DNA of 56,221 bases from positions 1 through 56,221 of the IMG/VR virus record IMGVR_UViG_3300020045_002855, one strand, 5' to 3'. Below the pieces are notes generated by a model that was not told where the DNA came from, made no database searches, and saw nothing but the letters and a program-made list of their open reading frames with translations. The first letter of the stretch is position 1. Each line of letters opens with the position of its first letter. Shown one piece after another: positions 11,268 through 20,731 of this stretch. The stretch comes from a virus. Taxonomy: Duplodnaviria; Caudoviricetes. The translations under genes and the position numbers were made by a program.

Positions 11268-12455
11268 ATGGCAGATCACAATAAACCCACTCTAACGAGT
11301 ACCTACACTAACTTTCTAGCGGAACTGGATGCGAGGTTAGACGACCTTGCCTTAGGTCTAGACCCCGCTAACACTACAGTTACGAATATAGTTACTAACT
11401 CTATCCGTTGGAGTTCTGCCAGCAATAAGTGGCAGAAATGGAACGGTACAACATGGTCAAATCTGACCACAGGTTACTCCATACCTCTAGTAGCAGGAAC
11501 AGTAGAGGACACACCTATAGGAGCTACTACTCCAAGTAGCGGTAAGTTTACAAACGTAGAGACTACGAATGCTGGTAGTGCATCTACTCCCTCTCTTAGG
11601 GTAGGTGCTAGCAATAACGGGTTTTATATTTCTGGCTCAACCCTTCGGGTGTCCTATGCAGGCACTGCAGTGGCAGCTTTTGGCACGGGATCGAATGTCG
11701 TAGGGTCTACCGTACCATCAGTTAATGTATTTTTATATGTTAACGGGAGTTCAGTAGCATCTTCCGCTAATGCCTACGGCATTTTTACTAGTATAGGTTT
11801 TACCACGGACGGGACTAAAGCTATCAATGTCTACCAGAATCAAGCATCGTGCGACCTGCTTGATGACGGTACTGCTAGGACATTCAGCAAGGTTTATGGG
11901 TATAGCTCAGTAACCCCTGTAGTGTCGGGTCTTACTGCTGGTACTACTGTAACAGCTTTTGCGCATGCAAGGGGTGGGGATGTACCCTCTACTGTGTTCA
12001 CTGCTGCTTATGGTGATTACCAGGAGATGGATGCACTTGCAGGTTACCAACGTTGGTCATATTATTCTAGTGGTACGGCTCCTGCGTATATAAGAGGAGA
12101 TACTACCTTAGCAGGTAACATAATCAAAAAACAACCTGCTCCTGCAGCTGTGAACACTACGGCAACACTTACAACCTCTGCAGTGCTTGGGTACATAGTA
12201 ACAAGTAATCCTGCATCTGGTATAACTCTGACGCTACCTACAGGTACTCTGCTAGACGCAGCAATACCTTCTATTGCTGCAGACCAAAGTGTAGAGTGGT
12301 GCATCATAAATACCAACGCCTCTAATACTGTTACGGTAGCAGCAGGAACTGGGCACACTGTTATCGGGAATATGGTAGTAGCTCTGAGCACAAGTGCTCA
12401 GTTCAGAAGCCGTAAGACTGCGGCAAATACTTTTGTAACCTACCGGGTGGGCTAA
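11268..12455 (+). CDS. Tail fibre / receptor-binding protein
   Basis: 395 aa, Thr/Ser/Gly-rich; KWQKWNGTTW and TPIGATTPSSGKFT fibre motifs; follows the J-like gene. Confidence 0.75.
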   Translation: MADHNKPTLTSTYTNFLAELDARLDDLALGLDPANTTVTNIVTNSIRWSSASNKWQKWNGTTWSNLTTGYSIPLVAGTVEDTPIGATTPSSGKFTNVETTNAGSASTPSLRVGASNNGFYISGSTLRVSYAGTAVAAFGTGSNVVGSTVPSVNVFLYVNGSSVASSANAYGIFTSIGFTTDGTKAINVYQNQASCDLLDDGTARTFSKVYGYSSVTPVVSGLTAGTTVTAFAHARGGDVPSTVFTAAYGDYQEMDALAGYQRWSYYSSGTAPAYIRGDTTLAGNIIKKQPAPAAVNTTATLTTSAVLGYIVTSNPASGITLTLPTGTLLDAAIPSIAADQSVEWCIINTNASNTVTVAAGTGHTVIGNMVVALSTSAQFRSRKTAANTFVTYRVG

Positions 12456-12457
12456 AT

Positions 12458-12853
12458 ATGGAACCTATTGAATCTTTCACTAGCGGGAAACTGCACGCAG
12501 TAACAGTGAACCTGAACGGCTCAAAGCTTGTAATCTATGACGGGGTAGAGGTTTCTCCCTCAGAAATAGAGCTAACGCCTTTAGAACAGCTAGAGGTGGA
12601 CAGTGCTGTGTATATACCTCCTGCTGTACCGCTGAAAATAACTATGGCACAGGCGAGACTTGCTCTGCTAACTGCAGGCCTTCTAGAACTTGTAGACGCC
12701 CAAGTCAGTTCTTTACCTGCTGTTGCCGCCATTAACTGGCAATATAGGCAAAACGTGGAGAGAGACTCCCCTTTGGTAGCCTCGCTAGCGGCAGCCCTAA
12801 ACCTTGATGCTGCTGCTGTAGACAACTTATTTATACTAGGAGCTTCGCTGTGA
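12458..12853 (+). CDS. Tail-fibre-associated protein (chaperone-like)
   Basis: ITMAQARLALL...W....V.RDSPLV..LA..L.L....VD.LF motif common next to fibre genes. Confidence 0.6.
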   Translation: MEPIESFTSGKLHAVTVNLNGSKLVIYDGVEVSPSEIELTPLEQLEVDSAVYIPPAVPLKITMAQARLALLTAGLLELVDAQVSSLPAVAAINWQYRQNVERDSPLVASLAAALNLDAAAVDNLFILGASL

Positions 12854-13083
12854 GCTACATAAACAAAATTTTGATAGCCCTGGATCAGGTGGTTAATACT
12901 CTACTGTTAGGGGAACCTGATGAAACCTTGAGTAGTAGGGCATACAGAATGGAACAGAAAGGTCAGCCTTACTGGGGTTGGACCGCTAAAGCCATCAACT
13001 GTATTTTCTTCTGGCAGGAGAACCACTGTCGAGGTTCCTACGCAAAAGAAAAAGCCAGGGCACATCTACCCAAGGATTTTTAG
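12850..13083 (+). CDS. Conserved small phage protein found beside tail fibres
   Basis: LIALDQ..N....G.PDETLSSRAYR...I..IFFWQ.NHC motif. Confidence 0.65.
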   Translation: MSYINKILIALDQVVNTLLLGEPDETLSSRAYRMEQKGQPYWGWTAKAINCIFFWQENHCRGSYAKEKARAHLPKDF

Positions 13084-13191
13084 CTGCATATCTGGAACAT
13101 GTGAAATCCTGAATCTAGCAAAAGGCCCATTACGTTTAAAATCTGAGTCAGCGCGATGTTGTCAGATTTTATACAACATCGAAAACACCCT

Positions 13192-13644
13192 ATGACAAAC
13201 ACACAACCCAACCAGCACAGAGTTATTTGCTCTATATCTCACGCTCTGTGGGATACTGACCTAATAGCTTCAAGGCTTGTCCTTGCTTTTGGAGAATTGT
13301 TTTGGGGTGTGATGTTACTATGGCCAGGATCTACTTTTGATCGACCTGTGTACTCACACATGGGACAACTACTTCCAGAGGTCGCTTGGGGTGCTCTATT
13401 TCTAGCTTCTTCTGCCACTCAAACGTTTATTGTTGTGTCTCAGAAGCTACACAACAAATTCGCAAGGTGCTTCGCAGCGTGGAACGCCTTGTTCTGGGGG
13501 TACACAGTAATTAGCATGCTTATGTCAGTCTACCCACCCCCAGCAGCTATTGGCGGAGAAGTGGCTATAGCAATTGCAGCTTTTTGGATTTGGGTACGGC
13601 CATACATACTAGCAGAAGGATATAAACGTGCAGGACACCCGTAA
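13192..13644 (+). CDS. Multi-pass membrane protein (holin/antiholin candidate)
   Basis: About four hydrophobic segments; first gene of the lysis region; an alternative upstream ATG exists at 13156. Confidence 0.55.
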   Translation: MTNTQPNQHRVICSISHALWDTDLIASRLVLAFGELFWGVMLLWPGSTFDRPVYSHMGQLLPEVAWGALFLASSATQTFIVVSQKLHNKFARCFAAWNALFWGYTVISMLMSVYPPPAAIGGEVAIAIAAFWIWVRPYILAEGYKRAGHP

Positions 13645-13957
13645 ACAGTGGATTTCTGAGGTGCCCCAAGATGGTAGCCAGTTAAACCTGACTCATGTAT
13701 GGAAACTCCTGACGGAAGTTTCCATTGATGTAGAGGAAATGAAAAGGCAGCAGGTTGAATACCTCACCGCATTTAGCCTCAACGATTTAAACAAGGCTGA
13801 TCTTGACGGGCACAGAAGGCAGCACATCCAATTAACTAAAGCCCAGCAAGTTATGGATGGTTATAAGTATGAAATGACTAAGAAAGTTTTAGGTGTACTC
13901 ACTGGAGCCTTGGTAACATTTTTAGTCATGGCTGTCAAGCAGCATTATGGGATCTAG
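13628..13957 (+). CDS. Coiled-coil protein with C-terminal transmembrane helix (lysis-associated)
   Basis: C-terminal VLGVLTGALVTFLVMAV segment; directly upstream of the endolysin. Confidence 0.55.
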   Translation: MQDTRKQWISEVPQDGSQLNLTHVWKLLTEVSIDVEEMKRQQVEYLTAFSLNDLNKADLDGHRRQHIQLTKAQQVMDGYKYEMTKKVLGVLTGALVTFLVMAVKQHYGI

Positions 13958-13958
13958 T

Positions 13959-14519
13959 ATGCAATACCCTGATATTCTTATAGGTTGTTGGGGTATGACC
14001 AAAGCAAGGGCTGTGGTCTGGGTACCTGTGATGCTGGAGGCTGAGAATCTCGCAGCTATTAATACTAAACAAAGAAGAGCGTGCTGGCTGGCCCAGCTAG
14101 GGCACGAAAGTGGCTGTGGCCTGTGGTTGAAAGAGTTGTGGGGGCCTACGAAACAACAACTAAAGTATGAACCACCTAGCACGCTTGCAAGAGCGCTTGG
14201 TAATGTCAGTCCAGGTAGCGGTAAGAGGTATATGGGCAGGGGCCTGGTACAGATCACAGGAGAAGGAAACTACAAATTTATTACTTCGGAGATGCGTAAG
14301 ATTCTTCCTGGTTCCCCTGACTTTCATGCACAACCAGAGTTACTCTCTCAGCCTAGGTATGCCGCACTGTCTGCGGCGCTTTTCTGGAAGCGTAAGAATC
14401 TTAATACTTTCTGTGATAGTTTAGACTTCTCTGGTCTGACTAAAAGAATTAATGGCGGATACACAGGACTTGCACACAGGCAGACCTTGTACACTAAAGC
14501 CCTAACCTTACTAACTTAA
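13959..14519 (+). CDS. Endolysin, glycoside hydrolase family 19
   Basis: LAQLGHESG, YMGRGLVQITG..NY and TKRINGG motifs. Confidence 0.92.
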   Translation: MQYPDILIGCWGMTKARAVVWVPVMLEAENLAAINTKQRRACWLAQLGHESGCGLWLKELWGPTKQQLKYEPPSTLARALGNVSPGSGKRYMGRGLVQITGEGNYKFITSEMRKILPGSPDFHAQPELLSQPRYAALSAALFWKRKNLNTFCDSLDFSGLTKRINGGYTGLAHRQTLYTKALTLLT

Positions 14520-14536
14520 GCATTACAGGAGCCAAG

Positions 14537-15148
14537 ATGCTTGACTTAATCACAAACCTTTTGGGTGGAGTTCTGTCCGGTGGAGCCACAGGTCTCCTGG
14601 GTGTGCTCCTGCAACGTTACTTCGACCTCAAGCACAAACAGCAAGAAGTAGAAGTCGTCAAGCTGAATCTGGCTAACTCTATTGAGTTAGCGAAGATGGA
14701 AAACGCAAGAGCCCAGATTCGGGCAGATGCTGACAAAGAGACTGCGCAGATTCAGGCCGATGGTGCTTTCGCAGTTGCAGAACAGGATACGATTGCCAGA
14801 GAGGCGGAAGCGGATTCTCGAAACCTGCAAGCCGCCTTCGACGCAGACAAATCGACCTACCTGTTACCCGCTGCGCAACTCCAGAAAGGATTTTGGGGCA
14901 CCGTTATAGCCATGCTTATGGCTATGGTAGACTTTATGAGAGGGGCTCTGCGACCCTTGCTGACCGCGTATTTAGTTGTGCTTACTACATACATTTTTGT
15001 GTGGGCAGCAGACCTTACTAAAGCTTCCGGTGGACTTAACCAGGAACAGGTTAACCATATAGTAGTGATGATAATTACTAATGTTCTTTATTTAAGCACT
15101 GTTAGTGCTCTATTTTGGTTTGGTACACGACCTCCAAACAAGTCGTAA
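14537..15148 (+). CDS. Holin-like membrane protein
   Basis: N-terminal Gly-rich hydrophobic helix, coiled coil, then RGALRPLLT and FWFGTR motifs resembling 3TM holins; follows the endolysin. Confidence 0.6.
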   Translation: MLDLITNLLGGVLSGGATGLLGVLLQRYFDLKHKQQEVEVVKLNLANSIELAKMENARAQIRADADKETAQIQADGAFAVAEQDTIAREAEADSRNLQAAFDADKSTYLLPAAQLQKGFWGTVIAMLMAMVDFMRGALRPLLTAYLVVLTTYIFVWAADLTKASGGLNQEQVNHIVVMIITNVLYLSTVSALFWFGTRPPNKS

Positions 15149-15176
15149 TAAAGGGAGCCTAGGCTCCCTTTATTAC
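15145..15176. terminator. Bidirectional terminator (perfect 32-bp palindrome)
   Basis: GTAATAAAGGGAGCCT|AGGCTCCCTTTATTAC between convergent late and replication operons. Confidence 0.85.
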
Positions 15177-15298
15177 TTCTTAGTTGGAGGCAACTTTTTG
15201 GCTGCCTCCAGTTCTCGAACTTCTGTGTAGGTGGTCCACCAAAGAATACCCGCCACAACCAGCATTAACAAGACCAATATTAAAAGCAAGGTTTCCAT
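15173..15298 (-). CDS. 41-aa single-pass membrane protein (not in the ORF track)
   Basis: METLLLILVLLMLVVAGILWWTTYTEVRELEAAKKLPPTKK*; its ATG overlaps the sbcC-like TAA (TAATG). Confidence 0.65.
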   Translation of the reverse strand: METLLLILVLLMLVVAGILWWTTYTEVRELEAAKKLPPTKK

Positions 15299-17367
15299 TA
15301 AATCTCCACTAAGTTTGCCGCAAGTGTGTCTGATAGGGAGCTATGGGTGACTAATAACACCTGATCGTAACCCGCACCTACCAACACTCCAAGCATGTCG
15401 GTTTCCCTTTCTGCATCACAACCAGAAGCTGGTTCGTCAACCAATAGAAACCCTACGTTGCCAAGGAATGTCTTTTGCAAAGCAATACGAATTGCTAAAC
15501 CCAGAGCATCCTTGGTAGATCCACTGTAAGCTGCTATGGGTTTACTGTCAACCATGAAACCGCTATCTACCCTAGTCACAATGCTGGGCACACCTCGAAT
15601 AGCACTAAAATGGTGAGACACAGAGGCTAAAACAAGGTTCCACAAACGTTTCGCAACAATAGGCCGTGCGTCACGGAGCTTCTTGATAATGGCATTATGG
15701 ACGTTATAACTCTCCAGAGCAACCTTGACTTCTGCCAAGGTCGCTACCCGGAGTTTATAAGCGTCAACACTTGCTAAGTAAGCGTTCTCCAAACTCTTCA
15801 ACGCAAACTCAACGTCAGCCAACTTCATTCGGCTTGCGGCTACGGTATCAGCAGCCATCTTGGTGTGCAGAATCTCTGCCTCAGCTTCTGCAATAAGTCG
15901 TTTATCCCCCTCTTCGTCGTATGGAAATAGCTCAAAATTTTCTACCTCAGATTTGATAGTCTCTAAAGCCTGCAAGGAAGCCGAGTAAACTGCGTTATTG
16001 CTAATAGCAGCAGCATTCGCTGCACGAGCTTGAGCAAGTAAACCCTTGTAGTCCGTAGCGGGGACTTCTTCGGTTGGCAGATCTACTTCTGATTTCCATG
16101 TAACTAGGTAAGGAACAAGTGCTGTATCTACGTTCAGGTACTTGCTGTTTCTGTCAGCCAGTTTTAGGAGCTTGAGGTCTAACATGTCTGTAGACTGCAA
16201 TTCTGCAATTTTCTTTTTGGTTGCCTCGATTGTCTCCGTTGCAGCAGTAATGTCTAGTTGTATTTGTTCAAGCTTCACTGCTGTAGCAGCATTTACAGCT
16301 ACAACTTCTGGTACGTCCTGCAATAATTTACCGCAGAGAGCACAAGATTCATCGTAAATGCCTGATGCTTTCACAACAGCAAACTCCGTTTGCTTTGCTG
16401 CCTTTACCTTCTCCGCAGTCTTTAAGTTGACCAGACAGTTACTAAGCTGCTCCCTATTCTCTGCTCTATCACGGAATCCACCAGCACCCGCCGAAAGAAC
16501 TTGCCACTCTAAGTAAGCTGCCCGTTTACCTGAGTAGTCTACCTGCTCCACTACTTTACTTTCTAGGTCGGTTAAGTCTGAGACCTGCAATATAGCTCCC
16601 CTAGCAACTTTTTGCTCCAAAGCAGTCTGCTGCGTCAATAGGCTTTGATACTTTGCTTTTTGCGCGGCAGCCTGCTGCAGGCTCAGTTGTGCAGCCTTAG
16701 CTGCTTCTGCTAGAGTAGCAAACTGCATAGCAGTCAAGATTTCTTGGTCGTGCTTTAGTCGCGCAGTCGCCTCTGCAACTGCCAGCACAGCCTCTGTAGC
16801 ATCAAGTGTCGGCTCCACCAGGTCTCTCGATAACTCCACAACTTTTAGTTCAAGTTGCTTTGTGTTACCGCAGGGAAGTTTGTCCTGAACCTTGGTGATT
16901 AGGTTGTCAATCAGTGCCAAGTTTGAAAGCTTTTCGATCAGTGGGACGGCACCACCTTCCAGCGTGCCCCTAATCTGCCCTTGACTAGCCAGCATAATAG
17001 CAGAAGCTGTGGCAGCGTTCACCTTAAATAAACGCTCAACATATGCAGTCACTTCTGTTTGACCAGAAACAAGAATGCCGGTAGAAGTCAATTCTGCTCC
17101 GCTCTTACTTCGTGTGATTTTGTAATCTACACCTGCATGAGAGAATTCCAGCGCAACTTTCAAAGTAGCAGTAGGCTTACCCCAGGTGACTGTCTCATCT
17201 AGAGACATTGGAAGTGCTTTAGTGCCATAGAATGCGTAGCCGATAGCCTCGAATCTAGTAGACTTGGATGCCTCATTCGCTCCACGAATAACATTGAGAC
17301 CCGGAGTAAACTCCATTCGTGCCTGCTCTACTTTTTTAAAGTTTGTAAGCTCTAGTGATTTAATCAT
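15298..17367 (-). CDS. sbcC: SbcC/Rad50-like ATPase
   Basis: MIKSLELTNFK start, variant Walker A GANEASKST, coiled coil with CALCG zinc hook, YSGS signature, LLVDEP Walker B, LVTH. Confidence 0.9.
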   Translation of the reverse strand: MIKSLELTNFKKVEQARMEFTPGLNVIRGANEASKSTRFEAIGYAFYGTKALPMSLDETVTWGKPTATLKVALEFSHAGVDYKITRSKSGAELTSTGILVSGQTEVTAYVERLFKVNAATASAIMLASQGQIRGTLEGGAVPLIEKLSNLALIDNLITKVQDKLPCGNTKQLELKVVELSRDLVEPTLDATEAVLAVAEATARLKHDQEILTAMQFATLAEAAKAAQLSLQQAAAQKAKYQSLLTQQTALEQKVARGAILQVSDLTDLESKVVEQVDYSGKRAAYLEWQVLSAGAGGFRDRAENREQLSNCLVNLKTAEKVKAAKQTEFAVVKASGIYDESCALCGKLLQDVPEVVAVNAATAVKLEQIQLDITAATETIEATKKKIAELQSTDMLDLKLLKLADRNSKYLNVDTALVPYLVTWKSEVDLPTEEVPATDYKGLLAQARAANAAAISNNAVYSASLQALETIKSEVENFELFPYDEEGDKRLIAEAEAEILHTKMAADTVAASRMKLADVEFALKSLENAYLASVDAYKLRVATLAEVKVALESYNVHNAIIKKLRDARPIVAKRLWNLVLASVSHHFSAIRGVPSIVTRVDSGFMVDSKPIAAYSGSTKDALGLAIRIALQKTFLGNVGFLLVDEPASGCDAERETDMLGVLVGAGYDQVLLVTHSSLSDTLAANLVEI

Positions 17368-18367
17368 TGTTTAGTTTCTCCAAAACTTCAGCCTCTTCTT
17401 TACTCAAAATTTCTTTCAAAGCCTCCCACACAGAGAAACTTTGCACTGCCTCAAGGTTTTCTTCAAACATAGCTGCTGTCCCATCTTCTGATAGAACGGT
17501 AACAGCGTTAGTGATGACAAACGCTGGGTGCTCCTTACGCAACTTGTTAATAGCATTAAGTGCGGTAGAAGCCTGTTCCGTAGTAGCAGAACCTGTAACT
17601 CGCACGAATTTGTGTGCAGTTATAGATAGCGCCTGCCAACCCATTTCGGTGAACTCAGTTGCCCGATCTGCACACTTGACAAGTGTCAGTACCCCGTCTT
17701 CGATTACTGAGTAAAACTTGTCACTAGGGTTAAGCCAGTCTGAAACAGACGAAGCGATTTGGTTACCTGGGATGGTGACTTTGCCATATGTGCGTCGATC
17801 GTGCTCATGAGCACAGATGATTTGCTTTGCTTTGCACGCGACAATCTGCTCTTTCGACAAATTCAAGGATTGGTCCGATTGGGCTGCGAAGTGGTTGTCA
17901 ATGTTTACATGTACAAACAGGTAGTCACAGTCAGGAACTTTAGCCATCTCCAGGTCGAAGAGATCCTGGTTAGCCACATGACTTACTATATAGCCGTAGT
18001 CTGTCATTACCCCGCCACCTTTAACAACCGTAACGGTGTCAGGGTGCAACCTTGACAACAGCGAACATAGTAAATCAAAGCTTGATAGGTCGGTGGAAGT
18101 CCTACATAAATCGTGGTTGCCTGCTACTAACCAAAGTTGGTAACCTTTTGCAAGCCAGGTATTAAGACTTGTGAACACAGGTAGCAGGTCTGCTGCAGTG
18201 ATTGTACCCTTGTCCATCAAGTCTCCCAAAATCATTAAGTCCGATTCTGGTAAGAGTGCCTCGAAGGAGGTTTGCAGGTGTTGCTTGAGTTGCTGCTGAG
18301 TAGCAGGAGTTGTACCTGCGGAGCGGCTTGCTCCCAGGTGTACGTCGTTAAGAATAGTCAGTTTCAT
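17360..18367 (-). CDS. sbcD: SbcD/Mre11-like metallophosphoesterase nuclease
   Basis: DVHLG, GDLMD, GNHD and HEH motifs; adjacent to the SbcC-like gene. Confidence 0.88.
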   Translation of the reverse strand: MKLTILNDVHLGASRSAGTTPATQQQLKQHLQTSFEALLPESDLMILGDLMDKGTITAADLLPVFTSLNTWLAKGYQLWLVAGNHDLCRTSTDLSSFDLLCSLLSRLHPDTVTVVKGGGVMTDYGYIVSHVANQDLFDLEMAKVPDCDYLFVHVNIDNHFAAQSDQSLNLSKEQIVACKAKQIICAHEHDRRTYGKVTIPGNQIASSVSDWLNPSDKFYSVIEDGVLTLVKCADRATEFTEMGWQALSITAHKFVRVTGSATTEQASTALNAINKLRKEHPAFVITNAVTVLSEDGTAAMFEENLEAVQSFSVWEALKEILSKEEAEVLEKLNND

Positions 18368-18389
18368 ATTAGAAGTTCTATCAGGTTAA

Positions 18390-18413
18390 GTAAGGGGTGT
18401 TACCACCCCTTAC
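18390..18413. other. Intergenic 10-bp hairpin (GTAA tetraloop on the - strand)
   Basis: GTAAGGGGTG-ttac-CACCCCTTAC; weak U tail, so possibly a processing or stability element rather than a terminator. Confidence 0.5.
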
Positions 18414-18421
18414 TCTGGGGT

Positions 18422-18841
18422 TTACTGCTTTGCGTGCAGAGTAGTATTCTCTAACGCTGTGGCGACTTCCTTGAGGAGTTCAAAACACTCTGCATGAACT
18501 TTAACGTAAGGTATTTTCCTGGCCTCAAGATGTACCTCAAAACCTAGAACCCGGCCGAAGCCTCCAGGACTGATAAGCTTTACCAAGTCTTCCCAGCCTG
18601 GGTTCTCTGCCAGCACCACCCTGCCGTCTAGTTTCGCTAGAGGTGCAGAGAAGAACCGGGCTACTGGGAAAGTCTCATAAGAGCCATCCCCAGGTAGCGC
18701 ACTGTCTGGGTAGAACTCCCGCCACTCCAGCAAAACACTGCCCGTGGAAACTTTCAGGTTTAGCGACTGAATACGCTTGGAACTGATTCCAGGGCAAAAC
18801 TTCTCAAGTGCTTTTATGAACACTTCTGATTCTTCCGTCAT
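18422..18841 (-). CDS. Hypothetical protein
   Basis: 139-aa ORF coupled to the upstream gene by an ATGA overlap. Confidence 0.6.
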   Translation of the reverse strand: MTEESEVFIKALEKFCPGISSKRIQSLNLKVSTGSVLLEWREFYPDSALPGDGSYETFPVARFFSAPLAKLDGRVVLAENPGWEDLVKLISPGGFGRVLGFEVHLEARKIPYVKVHAECFELLKEVATALENTTLHAKQ

Positions 18842-19245
18842 AACAACTCCTTTAAGTTTGTTGGCGCAGTATCGCGCAAATCCCAGCTGCCACCTACGCT
18901 ACGGTCTATAAACCTTGACAGTCCGTAACCCCTCCACAACTTTAACCCACTATGATAAATAAGTACAAGTCCCTGTGCTCCCGCCATCTCTAGTAGTCGC
19001 ATCCTACCTACCTGAGCAGGATCAAAATTGAGGTAAGGCAACCTATAATCATGCTGAGTTTCCTTACACTCTAACATGAAGGTTTTTCCGTCATCTAGAA
19101 ATAAGTAGTCACAAAGCGTAGGTTGCCGCGAACCCATATGAGCATCTGGGAATCTGTACCATGCTCGCTTCTGCGTCACGCAGAGCCCCTGCAAATGTTT
19201 TTGCAGGAGCCCTTCTGCTATCTTACCACGATTAGCGGTTGACAT
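18838..19245 (-). CDS. RecU-like Holliday junction resolvase (PD-(D/E)xK)
   Basis: ANRGK.AE, CDY and LECKET motifs. Confidence 0.8.
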   Translation of the reverse strand: MSTANRGKIAEGLLQKHLQGLCVTQKRAWYRFPDAHMGSRQPTLCDYLFLDDGKTFMLECKETQHDYRLPYLNFDPAQVGRMRLLEMAGAQGLVLIYHSGLKLWRGYGLSRFIDRSVGGSWDLRDTAPTNLKELL

Positions 19246-20074
19246 TTGTCAGATTAGCGTGACGAGCCTGCATCCAACCCCGGAAATTACCAGAAGCAGT
19301 TTCTGGACGTAGTGCAGGCCACGCCTGATGTTCCACAGGACTTGCGTGGAGAGGGGCAGAACCTACAAGTCTTTGATACAAAGCCCTGTCTGCCTCTACG
19401 AACGGCACTTTCTTGTCGTGTGTCAAATAAGAAACTCTTGCGCAACGGGCAGCACTAATCTCCAACAAGGTTTGAATGCTGTAGTTCGTGCGTTCAGCCT
19501 CTATAACATAAGGAAGATGAAGTTGACTTTTTTCTAACTCCCAGGCCACACTTACTCTGCTTCTAATTTCAGGAATGCACTCGTCTATAGCTTTCTTCAT
19601 CGCTTTAGCCAGAACCTGAAACTCAGGTTGTGCATCGGGATGGTCACGCAACTCGAAGAAGTTATCCCACTCGGTAGATGAGATAATTGTGTGCATCCAC
19701 TGCCAGGGTTCCAGAATCCGGTTAGCTACTTGCTTCGCCAGCCCCAGCCTGTCCAGGGCCCAGGCAAAGCAGACTGCCGCCCGCGCCGCACCTTTCCACA
19801 CGGATACCGCCGCCGACTTTTTCCACCCTGAAAGCTGACTGTGTGCCTGCATCCCTGGCTGGTTCTGACCCCAGTGGACAGGCATGGCGGGGTCGTTCCA
19901 GACCTGCTTTAGCATAACCTTTACAGGTACTGCCCTACTGCTCATAGCGTTCCGTGAGAAAACTCTGTGCGTCATCACCTCTCCGTGAATGAACCTGTGG
20001 TACTTGCACTGCAGAGAGTACAAGGGTTTGCCATGATGCGCAACAGAGGCTGCAATTACTTTTACTTCGATCAT
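19232..20074 (-). CDS. thyX: Flavin-dependent thymidylate synthase ThyX
   Basis: EVMTHRVFSRNAMSSRA, KQVANRILEP, WDNFFELR..PDAQPE, HASPVEH. Confidence 0.93.
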   Translation of the reverse strand: MIEVKVIAASVAHHGKPLYSLQCKYHRFIHGEVMTHRVFSRNAMSSRAVPVKVMLKQVWNDPAMPVHWGQNQPGMQAHSQLSGWKKSAAVSVWKGAARAAVCFAWALDRLGLAKQVANRILEPWQWMHTIISSTEWDNFFELRDHPDAQPEFQVLAKAMKKAIDECIPEIRSRVSVAWELEKSQLHLPYVIEAERTNYSIQTLLEISAARCARVSYLTHDKKVPFVEADRALYQRLVGSAPLHASPVEHQAWPALRPETASGNFRGWMQARHANLTNVNR

Positions 20075-20721
20075 TTTGATTCCTTATAGTCTGTATATGG
20101 CATAACCCTACCTTCTCTGCGTAATTTTTTAGTTACTGTGTTGTAATTCTCCCCTGTAACCCTGGAGTATTCAGCTAAGGTCATTTGTTTACCTTTGTAC
20201 ATAGTAAATACATTGCTTCTCATGTTGTTCGCTTGTTGTGTAGCATCCGCCCACCTGCAGTTGGCTGGATAATATCCTTTTTCATTATCTATTCGGTCTA
20301 AGGATAGACTATCCCCTGGAGTTCCCATATCAGCAAGAAAATTTTCAAAGTATTCCCACCGGTCACAAACCCTTATTCCGCGACCCCCGTAAGACGGCCA
20401 CCAGGTACTACTTTCGCTATTACAGCGATTTTTCATATCTGCCCAGCATCTGTAAGCTTTCGCGTGGGTTATTCGATAGTGTTTAGCGTCCTTTTTAATA
20501 ATTTCTAACCTTAAGCAGCCACAAGACTTGCTACTTCCGTTTAGAATGTTTTGAACAAGAATTTCCCCGTAGTTACCGCATTCGCAAAGAACTTTGCAGT
20601 ATGCTCTTATACCTTTACTCGGAAGCTTAGATATTATTGTCCAGCGGTTAACCCTATCTCCGACCTTAAGAAGTGGGACTTTTTGTCTATTAGTACATAT
20701 GATTTCGGTTAACATAAACAC
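20071..20721 (-). CDS. Free-standing HNH-type homing endonuclease
   Basis: CECG and SKSCGC, W.DMKNRC, YGGRGIRVCDRW, SLDRIDN.KGY...NCRWA...QANN; inserted between polymerase and thyX. Confidence 0.85.
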   Translation of the reverse strand: MFMLTEIICTNRQKVPLLKVGDRVNRWTIISKLPSKGIRAYCKVLCECGNYGEILVQNILNGSSKSCGCLRLEIIKKDAKHYRITHAKAYRCWADMKNRCNSESSTWWPSYGGRGIRVCDRWEYFENFLADMGTPGDSLSLDRIDNEKGYYPANCRWADATQQANNMRSNVFTMYKGKQMTLAEYSRVTGENYNTVTKKLRREGRVMPYTDYKESK

Positions 20722-20731
20722 ACAATAAAAA

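Noticed and set aside
14727-14909. Nested ORF in the holin-like gene as an Rz1-type o-spanin
   Set aside because: No hydrophobic signal peptide or lipobox cysteine
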